Positions 1-12,655 of a stretch of DNA of 64,000 bases are shown here, piece after piece. The DNA comes from Ginglymostoma cirratum (lineage: Eukaryota): NCBI GenBank assembly GCA_024137785.1, contig JAHRHZ010000002.1:10024358-10088357 (forward strand), read 5' to 3'. The notes under the pieces are model-generated. The model searched no databases and had not been told where the DNA came from. It saw only the letters and a program-made list of their open reading frames with translations. The position numbers and the translations under genes were made by a program. Each line of letters opens with the position of its first letter. Positions within the stretch are counted from its first letter, which is position 1.

Positions 1-53
1 AGGTGACAGCACAAATGGAACTGAACACAACCTGACAGCTTTTGCAGAGATGT

Positions 54-93
54 GGTGATCAGGTGATCAGGTGATCAGGTGATCAGGTGATCA
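54..93. repeat. (GGTGATCA)5 tandem repeat
   Basis: Five consecutive GGTGATCA units read directly. Confidence 0.9.
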
Positions 94-519
94 AGATTGT
101 GAACTCAATATTCAAGAGTGTTCGCCCTTCCTGAAAAATAGGCAAATCGGAATAGTAAAAGAATGTATCAATGTGGTTATGAATAGTGATATAAGTGCAA
201 TAGATTGTGATGTGGAACCAGTTTGATTGAAAACTACAAATAGCAATGGAAATAAAGATGTCATCAATGGAAGTTGTCTGCAAGATCCCAAAGAGTTGCC
301 ATACTGGTGGAACAAAGTATAAAGCTGGAAATATTGGAGGTATGTAAGTAGGCCCCTACAGGTGCCATGGGTGATTTTATTCTGCACATTGACTGGATAT
401 ATCAGCAAGGCAAGGATTACATCGAAGACAATATTTTAGAATTCATCAAGGATTGTTTCTTGGAGCAGTACACTGCACTATCTAGCCAGAAATAGGCTAT
501 GTTAGATTGAGTAATGTGA

Positions 520-885
520 AATAGAATATAGAATAGAATCCCTACAGTGTGGAAATAGGCCATTCAGCCCAATGGCTCTATACCTACCGTCTGAAGAGCA
601 TTCCACCCAGACCCAGCTCCCTATCCTATCTCTGTAATCCTGCATTTCCCATGGCTAACCCACATAGCCTGCACATCCCTGAATACTATGAACAATTTAA
701 CATGGCCAATCTACCTAACTTTCACATCTTTGGACTGTAGGAGGAAACTGGAGCATCTGACAGAAACCCACACGGACACAAGGAGAATGTATGTGCAGAC
801 TCCACACAGACAGTCACCTGAGAGTGGAATTGAACCCCTGGTACTCTGAGGCAGCTTTGCTAACTGCTGAGCCACTGTGCTTCCT
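520..885 (-). mobile_element. tRNA-derived V-SINE (shark HE1-like)
   Basis: Minus strand has A box TGGCTCAGCAG, B box GGTTCAATTCC, the conserved TGTCTGTGTGGAGT..GCAC domain and a CR1-like tail ending in (TTCTA)n. Confidence 0.85.
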
Positions 886-904
886 ATGTGGTTGGGTAAT
901 AAGT

Positions 905-2390
905 CTTGTAGAATCATAGAGTTAAACAGCCTGGAAACAGACTCTTTGGCCCAACTCATCCATGCAACCAGGTATCCTAAACTGAACTAGTCCCACTTGT
1001 CTGTGTTTGCCCAACATGCCTCTAAATTTTACCTATTCATGTACCTGTCCAAGTGTCTTTTAAATGTTGTAAAGGTACTCAGCTTTATCAGTTCCTCTGG
1101 CAGCTCATTCCATATATGCACCATCCCCTATGTGAAAAAGTTGCCTCTTTTAAATTTTTCCTCTCTCACATGCCCTCCATGTTTGGATTCCTCTACCGTG
1201 GGGAAAAGACCATTCACCTTATCCATGCCCCTCATGATTTTATAAACCTCTATAAGGTTGCCCCTCAGCCTTCTGTGCTCCAGGGAAACGAAATGTCCCA
1301 GTCTGACCTACCTCTCCTTACAACTCAAACACTCAACTCTCAGTAACAACCTTGTAAAGTTTTTTTTTTCACCTTTTCCAGTTTAGTAACATCCTTCCTT
1401 TATTAGGGCAACCAAACTTGTCTGCAGTACTCCATACATAGCCTTACCAATGTCTCGTACATCTGGGACATCATGTCCCAACTCCCGTATTCAATGCTCA
1501 GACTAATGAACTCAATTGCGCCAAATGCTTTCCACTGTACAGTATACCAGTAAATGTTGGTGCCATCTGCAAACTTACCAATATATTTCTATATTCTCAT
1601 CCAAATCATTTATACAAATAACAAACAACAGTGGACTCAGCACCCAATCCCTGTAGAACACTGCTATCCACAGGCCTCTAGTCCAATAAACAACCTTCTA
1701 TCACCACCCTCTGTCTCCTACTGTGAAGCCAATTTTGTATCCAACTGGCTAGCTCTCCCTGGATCCCACACAATCTTACTTTACTAAGTGGCCTACCATA
1801 CAGAACCTTGTCAAAGGCCTTGCTAAAGTCCATTGAACCGCATTTACCATTCTTCTTTCATCTGTGTTCTTGATCACTTCTTCAAAAAATCAATCAAGTT
1901 TGTGAGACATGACTTCCCACACACAAAGCTATGCTGAATACCTCTAATCAGTCCTTGCCTTTCCAAATGCAGATAGTTCCTCTGTCACAAAATCTCCTCC
2001 AACAACTTACCCATCACTGACACCAGGCTCACCAGTCCATTGTTCCCTGGATTTTCCTTGCAGGCTTTTGTAAATAATGGCACAACATTAGCCATCGTCC
2101 ACTATTCTGGTACTTCACCCATATATGTAGATGATGCAAATATCTCTGCTAGGAGCCTTGTAATCTCTTCGCTAGCTTCCCATAATGTCCGTGGATACAC
2201 TCGATCAGATCACCCGGACTGGTCTACTTTTATGCATTTTGAGACCTCCAGCACCTCCTCTTTTGTACTGCGGATTATTTTCAAGACATCACTCTTTATT
2301 TTCCTGAGTTCCCTAGTGTCCATGTCTTTCTCCATAATAAATACTGATGTGAAATATTCATTTAGGATTTCACCCATCCCCTGTTGTTGT
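905..2390 (-). mobile_element. Decayed CR1-clade LINE (ORF2 3' portion, internal deletions)
   Basis: Minus-strand ORF remnant MGEILNEYFTSVF..IKVDQSG is typical of CR1 ORF2; 3' tail at about 905-960. Boundaries approximate. Confidence 0.75.
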
Positions 2391-2599
2391 GCAATAGACA
2401 ACATCGTTGATCTGAATTTCCAATTTAGTTTTAGAGAATACAAATCCAGTCTTAAGCCAGAGTCCCCAACTTAAATAAGGGCAATTATAGAGATATTAAG
2501 AAAGAGTCAATCAAATTGGGTAAAATAGACAATGGGGAAAGTCAATGGGTGCACAGCAAAATAAAACAGATATTTCACATAATTTTGGCATAATTTATT

Positions 2600-4295
2600 C
2601 CATTCCAAAGGTTTGATGGATGAAAAAGGTTGACGAGGATGATCCCCAGAATGGGGAGATTGTCTTCCGTGTAAAGGGTAAACAGATTGGGACAGTACTC
2701 ATTGGAATTTAGAAGAATGAGAGGAGATCTCATGGAAAAATATAGAATTCTTCAAGAGCTTGGCAGGGTGAATGTTGAGAGGATCATTCCTCTCATTGGA
2801 TAGTCTAGGATAAAAGGGCATCAACTTAGAGCTAAGAAACATCAATTTAAGACTAAGATGAGGAGGAATTTCTTCATTCAGAGAGTCATGATTCTTTCCA
2901 AAATGAGCTTGGGGTAGAATCCTTGTGTATTTCTAAGCTGAGATAGCTAGTTCCTTGATCAAGATGGGAACCACTGGTTATAGGGAAAGGGCAGGAAAGT
3001 GGCTGCGATGAGTTTCAGATCAGTTAGAATCCTATTGAATAGTGGAACAGGCTGAAAGGGCCAAATGGTCTAAACTGGTTCCAATTTCTTTATGGTCTCA
3101 TGATTTTATGTGAAGAATGGACTATCTCTGCTTCACGCAAGAGCTGATCTCCAGAGGTGAGGTAAGAGAGACTGGTCTTGCCATCAATATTTAACTGTGT
3201 GTTGCATCAAGGACCCCTCACAAAACTGGAGTCAATGAGAGTCAGTGAAGGCTCTCTGCTGATTGGAGTCATACCTGGCATGTAAGAAGATGGTTGTGCA
3301 TATAGAGGTCAGTGATCTCAGCTCCATGATATTTCTTGTCCTCAGGATAATGTTCCCGGCCCAGTCATCTTCAGCAGCTTTATCGATGACATCTGCTCCA
3401 TCATTCCCTCATCTCTAATCCATCTTAGTATCACACAGCATAAGGGCTACCTTGTTGAATGTTTTTAAGGCAATGACAGATAGATTTTTGAACAGGAAAG
3501 GAATTGCAGTTGTGGTTATTGGGTGGGTAAGTGGAGCTTGCGTTCACAAAAAGGTCAGCCATGATCCGATTGAATAGTGGGGTAGACTTGAGGGGCCATA
3601 TGGTCTACTCCTGTCCCTATTTCTTCCTACCTTATGTTGTGGTGATGTATTCTCAATGTGAAGGTGAAGATAGTCCCCACAAGGACTGTGCAATTATCAC
3701 ACTTACTGACACTGTCTCAAACAGCTGCCTCTGTGGCAGGCAGATTGATAAGGATGAAGTCAACTATATTTTCCCCTTTAGTCGATTCACTCACCAACTG
3801 CTACTGAGCCAGTTCTAGAAGCCAGGTCCTCAGGACATATTACGGAAGATAAAAGCTCCTGATGTAAATTGTTGCATTTTGGTATGGATAGAAGATTAAC
3901 AGGAAGCGGAGAGTGGGGGTAAATGCATTGTTTTCAGATTAGCAAGATGTAATGAGAGTGCCATAGGGATCATTGATGGGATTCAAATATTTATAAGCTA
4001 TGTAGAAAAAAAATTGGATGAAGCAACTGCCAGGTTTGCCAATGGCATGAAGCCAGGTTGGAATGTAAATTGTGATGATGTTTTGACAGGTAAAATGAGT
4101 GAGCAGTGAATTGGCAAATGGAGTATAAAGTGTGAAAATAAGAAATGATCTGTTTCGTCAGGAAGAATAAAATAAATTGCTAAATGGTGGGAGATTTCAG
4201 TGCTCTAAGATGCATTGATAATTGAGTGTCCTAGCTCATGAATCCCAAAAAGATTAGTATGAGTGTGCAGTAATTGGGAAAGCTAATAGAATGTG
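2600..4295 (+). mobile_element. Nest of old CR1-like LINE fragments
   Basis: CR1 3' tail (GAGATGAGGAGGAATTTCTT..GAAAGGGCCAAATGG) followed by further RT fragments; paralogous to 14380-14930, 58310-58790 and 33540-34220. Confidence 0.6.
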
Positions 4296-4312
4296 TACAG
4301 TGCTTTCTGTAT

Positions 4313-4410
4313 TTCTGATGATGGGTCTAGGCCTGAAACGTCAAGCTTTCCTGCTCCTATGATGCTGCTTGGCCTGCTGTGTTCATCCAGCTCCACACCT
4401 TGTTATCTCA
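4313..4410 (+). mobile_element. Penelope-like terminal repeat fragment with hammerhead-like core
   Basis: CTGATGA-TGGGTCTAGGCCT-GAAAC; same family in opposite orientation at 16948-17035 and 18726-18853. Confidence 0.6.
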
Positions 4411-6476
4411 AAGAACATCAACATCAGTTTAAACACCCTTTGATTAACCTCGGTCTGGTCTGACTCTTTTACCCAAGTCCTATCACGATGACCAGCCAAG
4501 AGATTCCTCCTTACGCCACTGTAGTCTGATTGACTTGACCCACCCCAGAGGGCTTAACCCACTGCATCTGCAGGTTATCATGACCAACCTCATGCAACAT
4601 CCCTCACTATCCTGGTATCCCAGCTTTTTGAGACTGAGCGAACACGTGGGATTATAGCCAACATCTCTGAAAAAGCCAGGTGGACGGATCATAATGAATA
4701 CAAAATACTCACGTAACCTGACTCCTCACTGGCCAGTCTTCCTGCTTCCTGCACTCTGCCCACAGCACCAAATTTTTTGGGCTGGAATGACCCAAATGAT
4801 TCACTCGACACCAAGGAGTTCCCTTCCAGCATCAAAGAGTTTATTGAAATTACAGCAGTGGGAAGAAACCCTCTGATAATCCAATGAACTTCACTGAACA
4901 AAGGAGAACATAGCATAGAGTTTTTATATATTTGTTTGATCCCACCTTTAACCTTTACCAACCAATCATATCCTTAATTAATTACGTACATTTCTAATTA
5001 AGCTAATCGTATCACTGAATGGCTGAAGATAGACAGGCTTGTGGTCAACCCCTGATCATCCATGGCGTTGTGATGCTTATCAGATTCTCTTACGTCCCTT
5101 CATGGAGCTTTTCACAATAACATTGTATAAAAGTACATTCCTTCCCAAACATTTGCCAGCTGCGCCATGACTACTTTTTTTTAACTTGACATCCCTATCC
5201 TTATAATCCTTGAGTGTCCTAAAATGTATTAATTCATCTACATTCCGATATCTCCTAGTTTCTGTACCTCTGATTCAATTCTCCCTGAAATGATATGGTG
5301 GCCGTTTTACTCTCTGAGACTAGCTTGCCCTCATAATTATATTTGAATCATTCTCTGTAATGGTTTTAGTGATTTTGTTTTGTTTATACAAAATCTACAA
5401 CTACTTCAGAATTTATATCTATGATTATTTCAAGGATCCTAACTAAAACTTCCTTAAGTATTGTTACAGATTGATTAAACAATTGAAGAGAGATTCACTA
5501 ATTAAATGTAGTGTGAAATGTTCTTATGTATAAACAACTGCAGCTGCATATTCTATCTCAGTTCTATTACCTTGGGTCTGCAAAGCTACATTGTTCTATT
5601 TGTGAAGACTACGTTAATCAAATATTTTCCCAAATTTTCTAACTACTGTCAGCCATGTTCTGCTGCTAATGCCATGGGCAGTCATCGGCCATTTTGTGCT
5701 GCTCACTCATGGCAGGCCTAATACAGACCATCAAACTGATACACTCACCCCGAAACAGACACAGATTGTCAAACGAGTATAGGTCTCCCTAAACCCTACA
5801 CTCATCCCAAAACCAACACAGATCATCAAACTGTTACAGTCCCCCCAAACTGATGCAGATGGTTAAACACACACACAGCTCCTCAGAATAAGGAGGAGTC
5901 TGTTTAGGAATGAGACGAGGAAGAATTCCCTCACTCAGAGAGTGGTCACCCATTGGATTTCTACCCCGCCCCCAAAGGGCTGTGGAAGCTCTACCATTGA
6001 GTAAGTTCAACACAGAGACTGATAGGTTTCTACATATGAAAACAACAATGTGCATGGGGATAGTGTGGGGAGATGCCGTTAAGTAGAAGATCAGCCATGA
6101 TCCCAGTGAATGGCGGATCAGACTCAAGGGGATGAAGGGGAATGCTCATGCTTCACGCCTGGTGCAAGGTGACAGTACATTCCCTTGCTTTTAGAGAACC
6201 CCTTGGACACAATGGGTTGAATGGCCTCCTTTTGCGCTGATAGTATTGGTGTGTCTGGATTGGCATGGGAGGAGGCGGGCAGAGTGAAAAGTGAGATGTG
6301 GAGAGCCATGAGGGAAGTTTATGTTTAACTTTTTATTTTAAACATTTGGACACAGAGCTGGACTCCCACGTAGAAGCTCTCTGCACAGGCCACTTGGGAT
6401 GTGGCAGCCTCTTTGGCTCTTCCCAGTGAGGAAATGAGCCCAAACCCTATTCACCAGTCCAACTCAGTTCCCCTCC

Positions 6477-7174
6477 TGTGGAAGAAAAATTTTACATTGC
6501 AAGGGTAGATGGGAATTTAGGCCAAGACAGAAATTACATCACAAGGGTAGATGGGAATTTAGGCCAAGACAGAAAAGGCAGCCAAGGGAGAAACTGATGG
6601 CATAGAGAAAGAATTTTAATTAGTTAGCATGTGGGGTTTTAATGAGCTTAGCAGAAGTCGGGAGGTAGTTACTTAGACTGTGTTATCACTGTGCTATATT
6701 AGCTCGAGTTAGAGAAGGATCTTTTGATATATTGTCACTATACCAAGGTTTTAGGCTGAATTAGAGATGTCACATGTATCTCCGTGGAGCCTAGTTACTG
6801 ATAAGCTAGAGTTTCAATCAAACTGGATATCATTCCCTATGCTAGCTGCATGCCGAAGGTCATTTGAAGAAGTAATTATTAAAGTATCTGTAAGACAGCA
6901 TTCCTGTTACCTCAAGCAGCATCTGTTTTCTTTAAATTTACAACGAATGAATTGACAAACGCAAGATGTCACAGGAGCACCCTGCTCTGAAGTTAATGGT
7001 ATAAAGCAGATTGTTACACTCTGTATTAGCAGAGCCGGGTGCTGGTGGAGATCGACACTCAGAGCCGGTGCTGGTGGAGATCGACACTCACTCTCCTTGG
7101 TACCAAGTAAGAAAATAAACTGCTTCGAACGGGAGCTGGAGCCAAGTTATGTAGAAATAAAAATTTCTACAACA
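6477..7174 (+). mobile_element. Solo LTR
   Basis: TG...CA ends with imperfect terminal inverted repeat, 5-bp target-site duplication CCTCC (6472-6476 and 7175-7179), TATAAA at about 7000 and AATAAA at about 7114. Confidence 0.7.
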
Positions 7175-8009
7175 CCTCCAAACTACTCACCATCCTCACT
7201 TGGAAATATATCACCGTGCCTCCAGTGTCACTGGGTCATAATTCTGGAATTCCCTTCCTAACAGCATTCTGGGTCTTCTTATGCCACATTGACAGCAGCA
7301 GTACAAGAATGCAGCTCACCATCATCTTTTGAAGGGGCAAAAAGGGAAGGTCCATAAATATTGACCCTGCCAGCAGCACCTGTGTAACATGATCTGATAA
7401 AAAAAAGTTTACATAGTTGTGAAGAATGGCAAGAGAATATTAGCAGAATAGAGTAATTATTTTAAAAGTGATATCAGCTAAGGGAGTAAATGCGATGGTT
7501 ATAATTTTCACAATTTCCTACATTCTGATATTAAGTTAGCTTCAAGACTGAAGGGAACCACAGGCTAATCCACTTGAAGTTGCTTATCCGGAAAGTGCTG
7601 GAATCTGTCGTTAAGTAAATGTGACGATGTTCTGTTTTATAGTTGATCTTACCATCTTAAGGATAATTATATCAATTTTAGGTAATTAATATAAATTATT
7701 TGAAAATCTGAAACTCAGAATATGTCTAACCGTCTAAAATATTTACACATCAAAAATCATTCCAGGTGTACTTGCCAAGTCCAAGTTACAGGGTTGGAGC
7801 AATAAAATGGGAGCTGAGCCCTTCACCTGGCAAGCTGAAGACAGCAGGCCTGGGGATTGTGGGGGGTGCAGTGGCAGTCTCCCCCATCTACAGGTAAGAA
7901 AGCCTAGGTTCAAAAGTTCCACCTGCACCAGAGGTATGTCATTACACCTTTGACGAGTAGCTTCAGGAAAATATTAAGACAATAATGCTAAGGAAAATTA
8001 CCCTGTCTT

Positions 8010-8805
8010 TTCATTGAAAAGTGTTACAGAAGGCGAAGTCAAATGAGATCCATGTTGAGCAGATAAGATGGATATCAAACTGACTTGGTCGAAGAAGACG
8101 GAGAGTAGTGGATGAATAGTGTTTTTCCTGACTGGAGTTCTGTGACCAGTGTTGTTCTGTGGGAATCAGCGCTGAGACCCCTGTTGTGTATAATATATAT
8201 TGAATGATTAGGAGAGAAAAGTAGCTGGTCTGACTGGTAAGTTTGTGGATGACACAGTGTTCCACTGTGGGGGAGCTGCATATAGTGGGGAGGATTGACA
8301 GAGTTTATAGGTAGGTTGGAGACTTGCGCAGATGAATGCCAGATGGAATTTAACACGGGCAAATGCAAGGAGATGCATTTTGGAAAATCTTTTGCAGGAT
8401 CGAACATATAGTAAGTGGCAGAAAGCTGAGAAGCATAAACACATAGCGACATCCAGGCATATAGTCACACCATAAGTGGACAAAGTGATCAAAAAGGTAT
8501 ATGGTATGCTTGTCTTCATTGGTAAAGGTGTAGTGTATAAAATTGGCAAGTCATGTTGCAGCTATATAGAACTCTAATTAGGCCACATTTGGAATGTTGT
8601 GCACTGATCACCATAGTACCAGAATAATGTATAAGTTTTGGAGAGAGTAATAGTCCACGAGGATGTTGCTTGGCTTGGAGGCATTAAGCATGAGTTGAAA
8701 TTGCACAGACTCGGTTTATTTTTACTTGAACATCAGAAGCTGAGGGTTGATCTGATACAAGTTTACAAAATTATGAGAGACATGGATAAAATGGATAGTC
8801 AGACA
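8010..8805 (+). mobile_element. Decayed CR1 RT fragment
   Basis: Degenerate KFVDDT and RPHLE-type CR1 RT motifs with stops and frameshifts. Confidence 0.7.
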
Positions 8806-9403
8806 CTACAGGTGGTACAAATGGAAACAAGAAGGGCAAAACAAGGTGCTTTTTAAACAGTGAAAAATTTGAAACAGTTGTGGTCTGAAGTACGTGAAGT
8901 CCAGGCATATAAATCATTAAAATTCATGAACAACTTTGAAGGTAATCACAAAAACAAAAACAAATGGAATGCTGGCCTGAACACCCAGAGGATGACAATA
9001 CAAAGAAGGCAGAGATATATTTTAGCCTCACAAAACCCTCGCTTGATCGCACCTGAAATACTGTGAGAGTTTCTGTACATGACACTTGAGCAAGGAGATA
9101 ATGGTCTTGGAGTGAGTGCAGATTCCATTTACAAGAAAGATAATTGAATACTAAAATGATCGTGTACTAAAAAGGAGGTGAAGCAAACTAGGGTTGTGTT
9201 CCTTGGAATTTGGAAGATTTGTGGTAATATTATCAAAGATTTGTTAAAATGAAGGTAAACAAATAATGTGTAAGTCAGGATTTGATAATGCTACAATGTG
9301 TTTCAAAGTGGGATTAAATTTGAATAAGTTTGTTGATAAATAAACTTCAGAAAAAGTTGTTTGTGACATGGTCGAATCGCTTTGATAACAGTAGATAAAG
9401 CCT

Positions 9404-9610
9404 GAAGTCACACAAGACCAGGTGATAATCCAATGGGTTTATTTGAAATCGCAGGCTTTCAGAGTGCTGCTCCTTCATCAAGTGAAGACTTCACCTGACG
9501 AAGGAGCGGTGCTCTGAAAGTTTATGATATCACATAAACCTTTTGGACTATAACCTGCTGTTGTGTGACTTCTGAGTTCATAAACAACAGTCCAACATTA
9601 GCATGCCCAC
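9404..9610. mobile_element. Penelope-derived inverted-repeat (hairpin) element
   Basis: Two arms of about 83 nt in inverted orientation (9404-9488 and 9490-9573); CTGACGA..GAAA core at 9495-9519. Confidence 0.65.
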
Positions 9611-9705
9611 ATCATAACAGTAGATGGTCATTTCAGAATGGAGTTGAGTTAACACATTGCCGACAGCAGGCCAATCCTCATTGCAGCACTTTTCCTCAAT
9701 TTTGC

Positions 9706-10601
9706 TCACTTACAAATGAAAGTAAAGGGATATTTGAGGGCACACAGCAGTTCCTGCCTGAACTTACTCTGGGTCACTGCATAAATGGCCGTGTTAATGC
9801 AGCAGCTCAGAAGCTGAAGCATAATTCCTGTCTTTTCATAAGTTTCATAAGGGCTAAATAGAGATGAGAGGATGAAGATGCTTGTAATTCGATAGTATAG
9901 GAAATATGTGACCGTTGTTATCCAGAGCAAGATAAAGCTGCCTGATATTGCAAAGAGCAAAACAATGGACTTTCTGCGATTTTTCATCTCAGGGTCCTCA
10001 TCATTTTCACCATTACGGTTGTGGACTCGGAGGTTCCTTCGTGCCTGGCTGGCCACTAAAATATATCTTACAGTGAGGATGTTCAAACATAAAATCAAGA
10101 CGAATGGAAGAATGGGAGTTAACAGCTGTTCAATCCAAGAAAATGCCATTGCTTCAGATTGAAAATAAATCACTGGTGATACAAAGCAACCCCTTGGTAT
10201 GTTGTTCACTATAACATAAGGAATGTACAAGAAGGCCCAAGGAATGTTTTTCAAAGAGAAAACCAAGGTCAGTATAATGGTCACTGCAGCAGCAGTTTTT
10301 ACTGAGCAATATTTAGATTTCAGCTTCTGGCAGCAAATGGCTACAAAACGATCAAAGGTAAAAGCAACCGTGAACCAGACAGAAATGTCGATGGCAGTCG
10401 GAGAGAGGAACAGAATAAACCTACAGACTGGAGTGTACAGCAGCAGAGAATTCCACCAATAAATTGCAGCAATCTGATGTAATGTCACATTAAAGACAAT
10501 CACCATGAAATCTGCTGTCGCCATGGCCACCAGGTAGTGAGTGATGCACTTGGAGAGACCACATTTCCCTCGACACAGGATTACAATTGCCACCAAATTA
10601 A
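9706..10601 (-). CDS. GPR139-like: GPR139/GPR142-like class A GPCR, gene A, exon 2 (model 12486-12555 + 9706-10601, 321 aa)
   Basis: Hydrophobic TM segments with YLVAMATAD (TM2), FTFDRFVAIC (TM3), FILLW (TM6), CCINTAIY..QSKFR (TM7/H8). Acceptor TTTCTCATAG, phase 1, stop TGA at 9706-9708. Confidence 0.92.
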
Positions 10602-11257
10602 CTATGAGAAATAGGAAAAAACATAGTAAGATAACAGGTTTTTAGCCAACAATAGTGTATTAACTAGCATGGCACTGACATCAAATTTTCTCTTTCTGTT
10701 CTGATCTTATCTACTGAAGGTGCAGTCATCTTGGTTGAATAAATTTATTATGACTCATTGCGGTAGCACAAAACTCTAGCCTACTGTTCCTTGAGTCTGC
10801 AGGAATTCCCCAAATTGCCTGAATTTTGATCCTGGTTGACAGAAAGCATGGACAGGGTTTCTGTCTTTATCAATAATTACTAATTACAAAAATCTAATAG
10901 AGCATATCTACAAGCACATAGTTATAAACCATAGGAACAAAATACCACTATCTAAAACTCAGACATTAGACACATGCACACATCAGAAAAAGGAAGGTTT
11001 TGGATGGAAGAACTACTGGGAAAGCAGTTCAGCAGTTTCCATTCACAAAATGATTATGATTCCTGCGTTGGGCAGAATGTTGTTTCTCAGTCACCCTTGC
11101 CTTCTGCTCCCAGTGTTATCCGAGAGGCATAGGGTTGCTGCTTCACTTACAGATGTCCTAAATTATCAAAAGTCATAACGTCTGCATGAAAAATAAACAA
11201 GTTTTCTTCAGGTCTGAAGTCGCTCACAGCACAGATGGGGCGTGGGGGTGGGGTGGT

Positions 11258-11262
<5 letters not shown>

Positions 11263-11294
<32 letters not shown>

Positions 11295-11300
11295 CAGAAA
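11263..11300. repeat. (GA)n microsatellite in gene A intron
   Basis: Read directly; a paralogous (GA)n tract lies at about 49374-49400 in the gene C intron. Confidence 0.9.
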
Positions 11301-12485
11301 CAGAGATGTCCTGGCTGATGGAGATCCAATGGCTACAGTGTAATTCTTCCTATCCCAAGCTGTTCAATGACCTACAAACAAATCTTCAATTACCTGAGAA
11401 CAAATCACATGACTGTTTGGAGGTGGAAAGTGTTTGTTCTTGGTAACGGGGCAATAGCAGTCGACAATCAATTACCAACTACATCAATTACATTTAACAA
11501 CCAAGGCTACATTTGTACACAACTTGTTGGGTCCAGTTCATCTGCAAACACTGCTGTAACCCACAGCAGTGCAAATAATGTTCATAATGAATATCAAATA
11601 GTATGCCTTCAATATATGGAACAATCCTTGGTTTTTAAGACTCTAAGACAAAAAAAATAGAAGCAGGCCATTTGGTCAATCAACTCTGCTATGTCATTCA
11701 ATGAGATTTCAGATGATCTGATAATCTTCAACTCCATATTCCTGTCTTTTCCTCATGGTCCTTGATACCAATATTATTTTCAAACTGAAGAATCACTTTG
11801 GGAATTTGAACCTATTTGTTCCTTGAACTTTTTAGTTTAAACTTCTCTAAGCAACATCAATCCATAGAAGAGGTAAAATTTGATAGCACCAAGCATAAAT
11901 CTTAGCAAGAGGCAGATAATAACTTCAGAAAGAGTTAGGAGAGCTTATTGTTAGGCTTATGAGAGCAGACTAAAAGGAAGTAGAAGAAAACAAACACAAC
12001 ATGTACAATAAATAAATAAGAGGGCAGGCAACAACAAAGATAAAAAGGAATAGGGGAGGAGAGGTGAAGTGTCTCAGATTTGAAGAAAATGTATTAGATG
12101 AGAAATCAAGATTAGAAATATCAGAAGAACAGACGAAACTAAGAGTGGAAATAAATCAGTACTATGAATAAAACTAGGTAAGGCAGTAGACAATAACGAG
12201 AGTGGAAGTGATCAAGAAAGTAGACATTACTGAACTAAAAAGCAAATAAAAGACGAGTAATGACAAATGATAATGGAATCCAACCTTGTCAACAATGTGA
12301 AGGATGTAATCTGTTCAAGAGAAGGCAACACCAGTAAAAAGAGAATGTTAGAGAGAGGACAACATGTTTTGAAAATGAAGGCAACTTCAATAATGGAGAT
12401 GTCTAAATGAGAGCAAGGCTCACAGGCTTATAGATCATTATAACACCTCTCCTGGGAATAAATTTCATCAGAATACAGTACTTGC

Positions 12486-12555
12486 CAGGCACTCCAAATC
12501 CGGCAAGGATAGGATAGTATTTGGATGTAATTGGAGACATTGGTGTTCGAAACAT
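12486..12555 (-). CDS. GPR139-like: GPR139-like gene A, exon 1 (MFRTPMSPITSKYYPILAGFGVP)
   Basis: YY..L..G.P start of TM1 as in GPR139; 70 nt, phase 1, same length as gene C exon 1; donor is G/GCAAGT (GC-AG type). Confidence 0.8.
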
Positions 12556-12630
12556 TCTCAATGTGCTGTGAAATCCTGCTGTCATAGAGACGATTGATGT
12601 AGCTTTAAGAATAAAGAAAAATGATTGAGG

Positions 12631-12655
12631 TTTATATCTAGTAAAGGGAGTCCCT
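12631..12655 (-). promoter_or_regulatory. Putative TATA box with adjacent kB-like palindrome, gene A
   Basis: TATAAA on minus strand at 12631-12636, about 76 nt upstream of the ATG and conserved in gene C; GGGAGTCCCT at 12646-12655. Confidence 0.5.
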
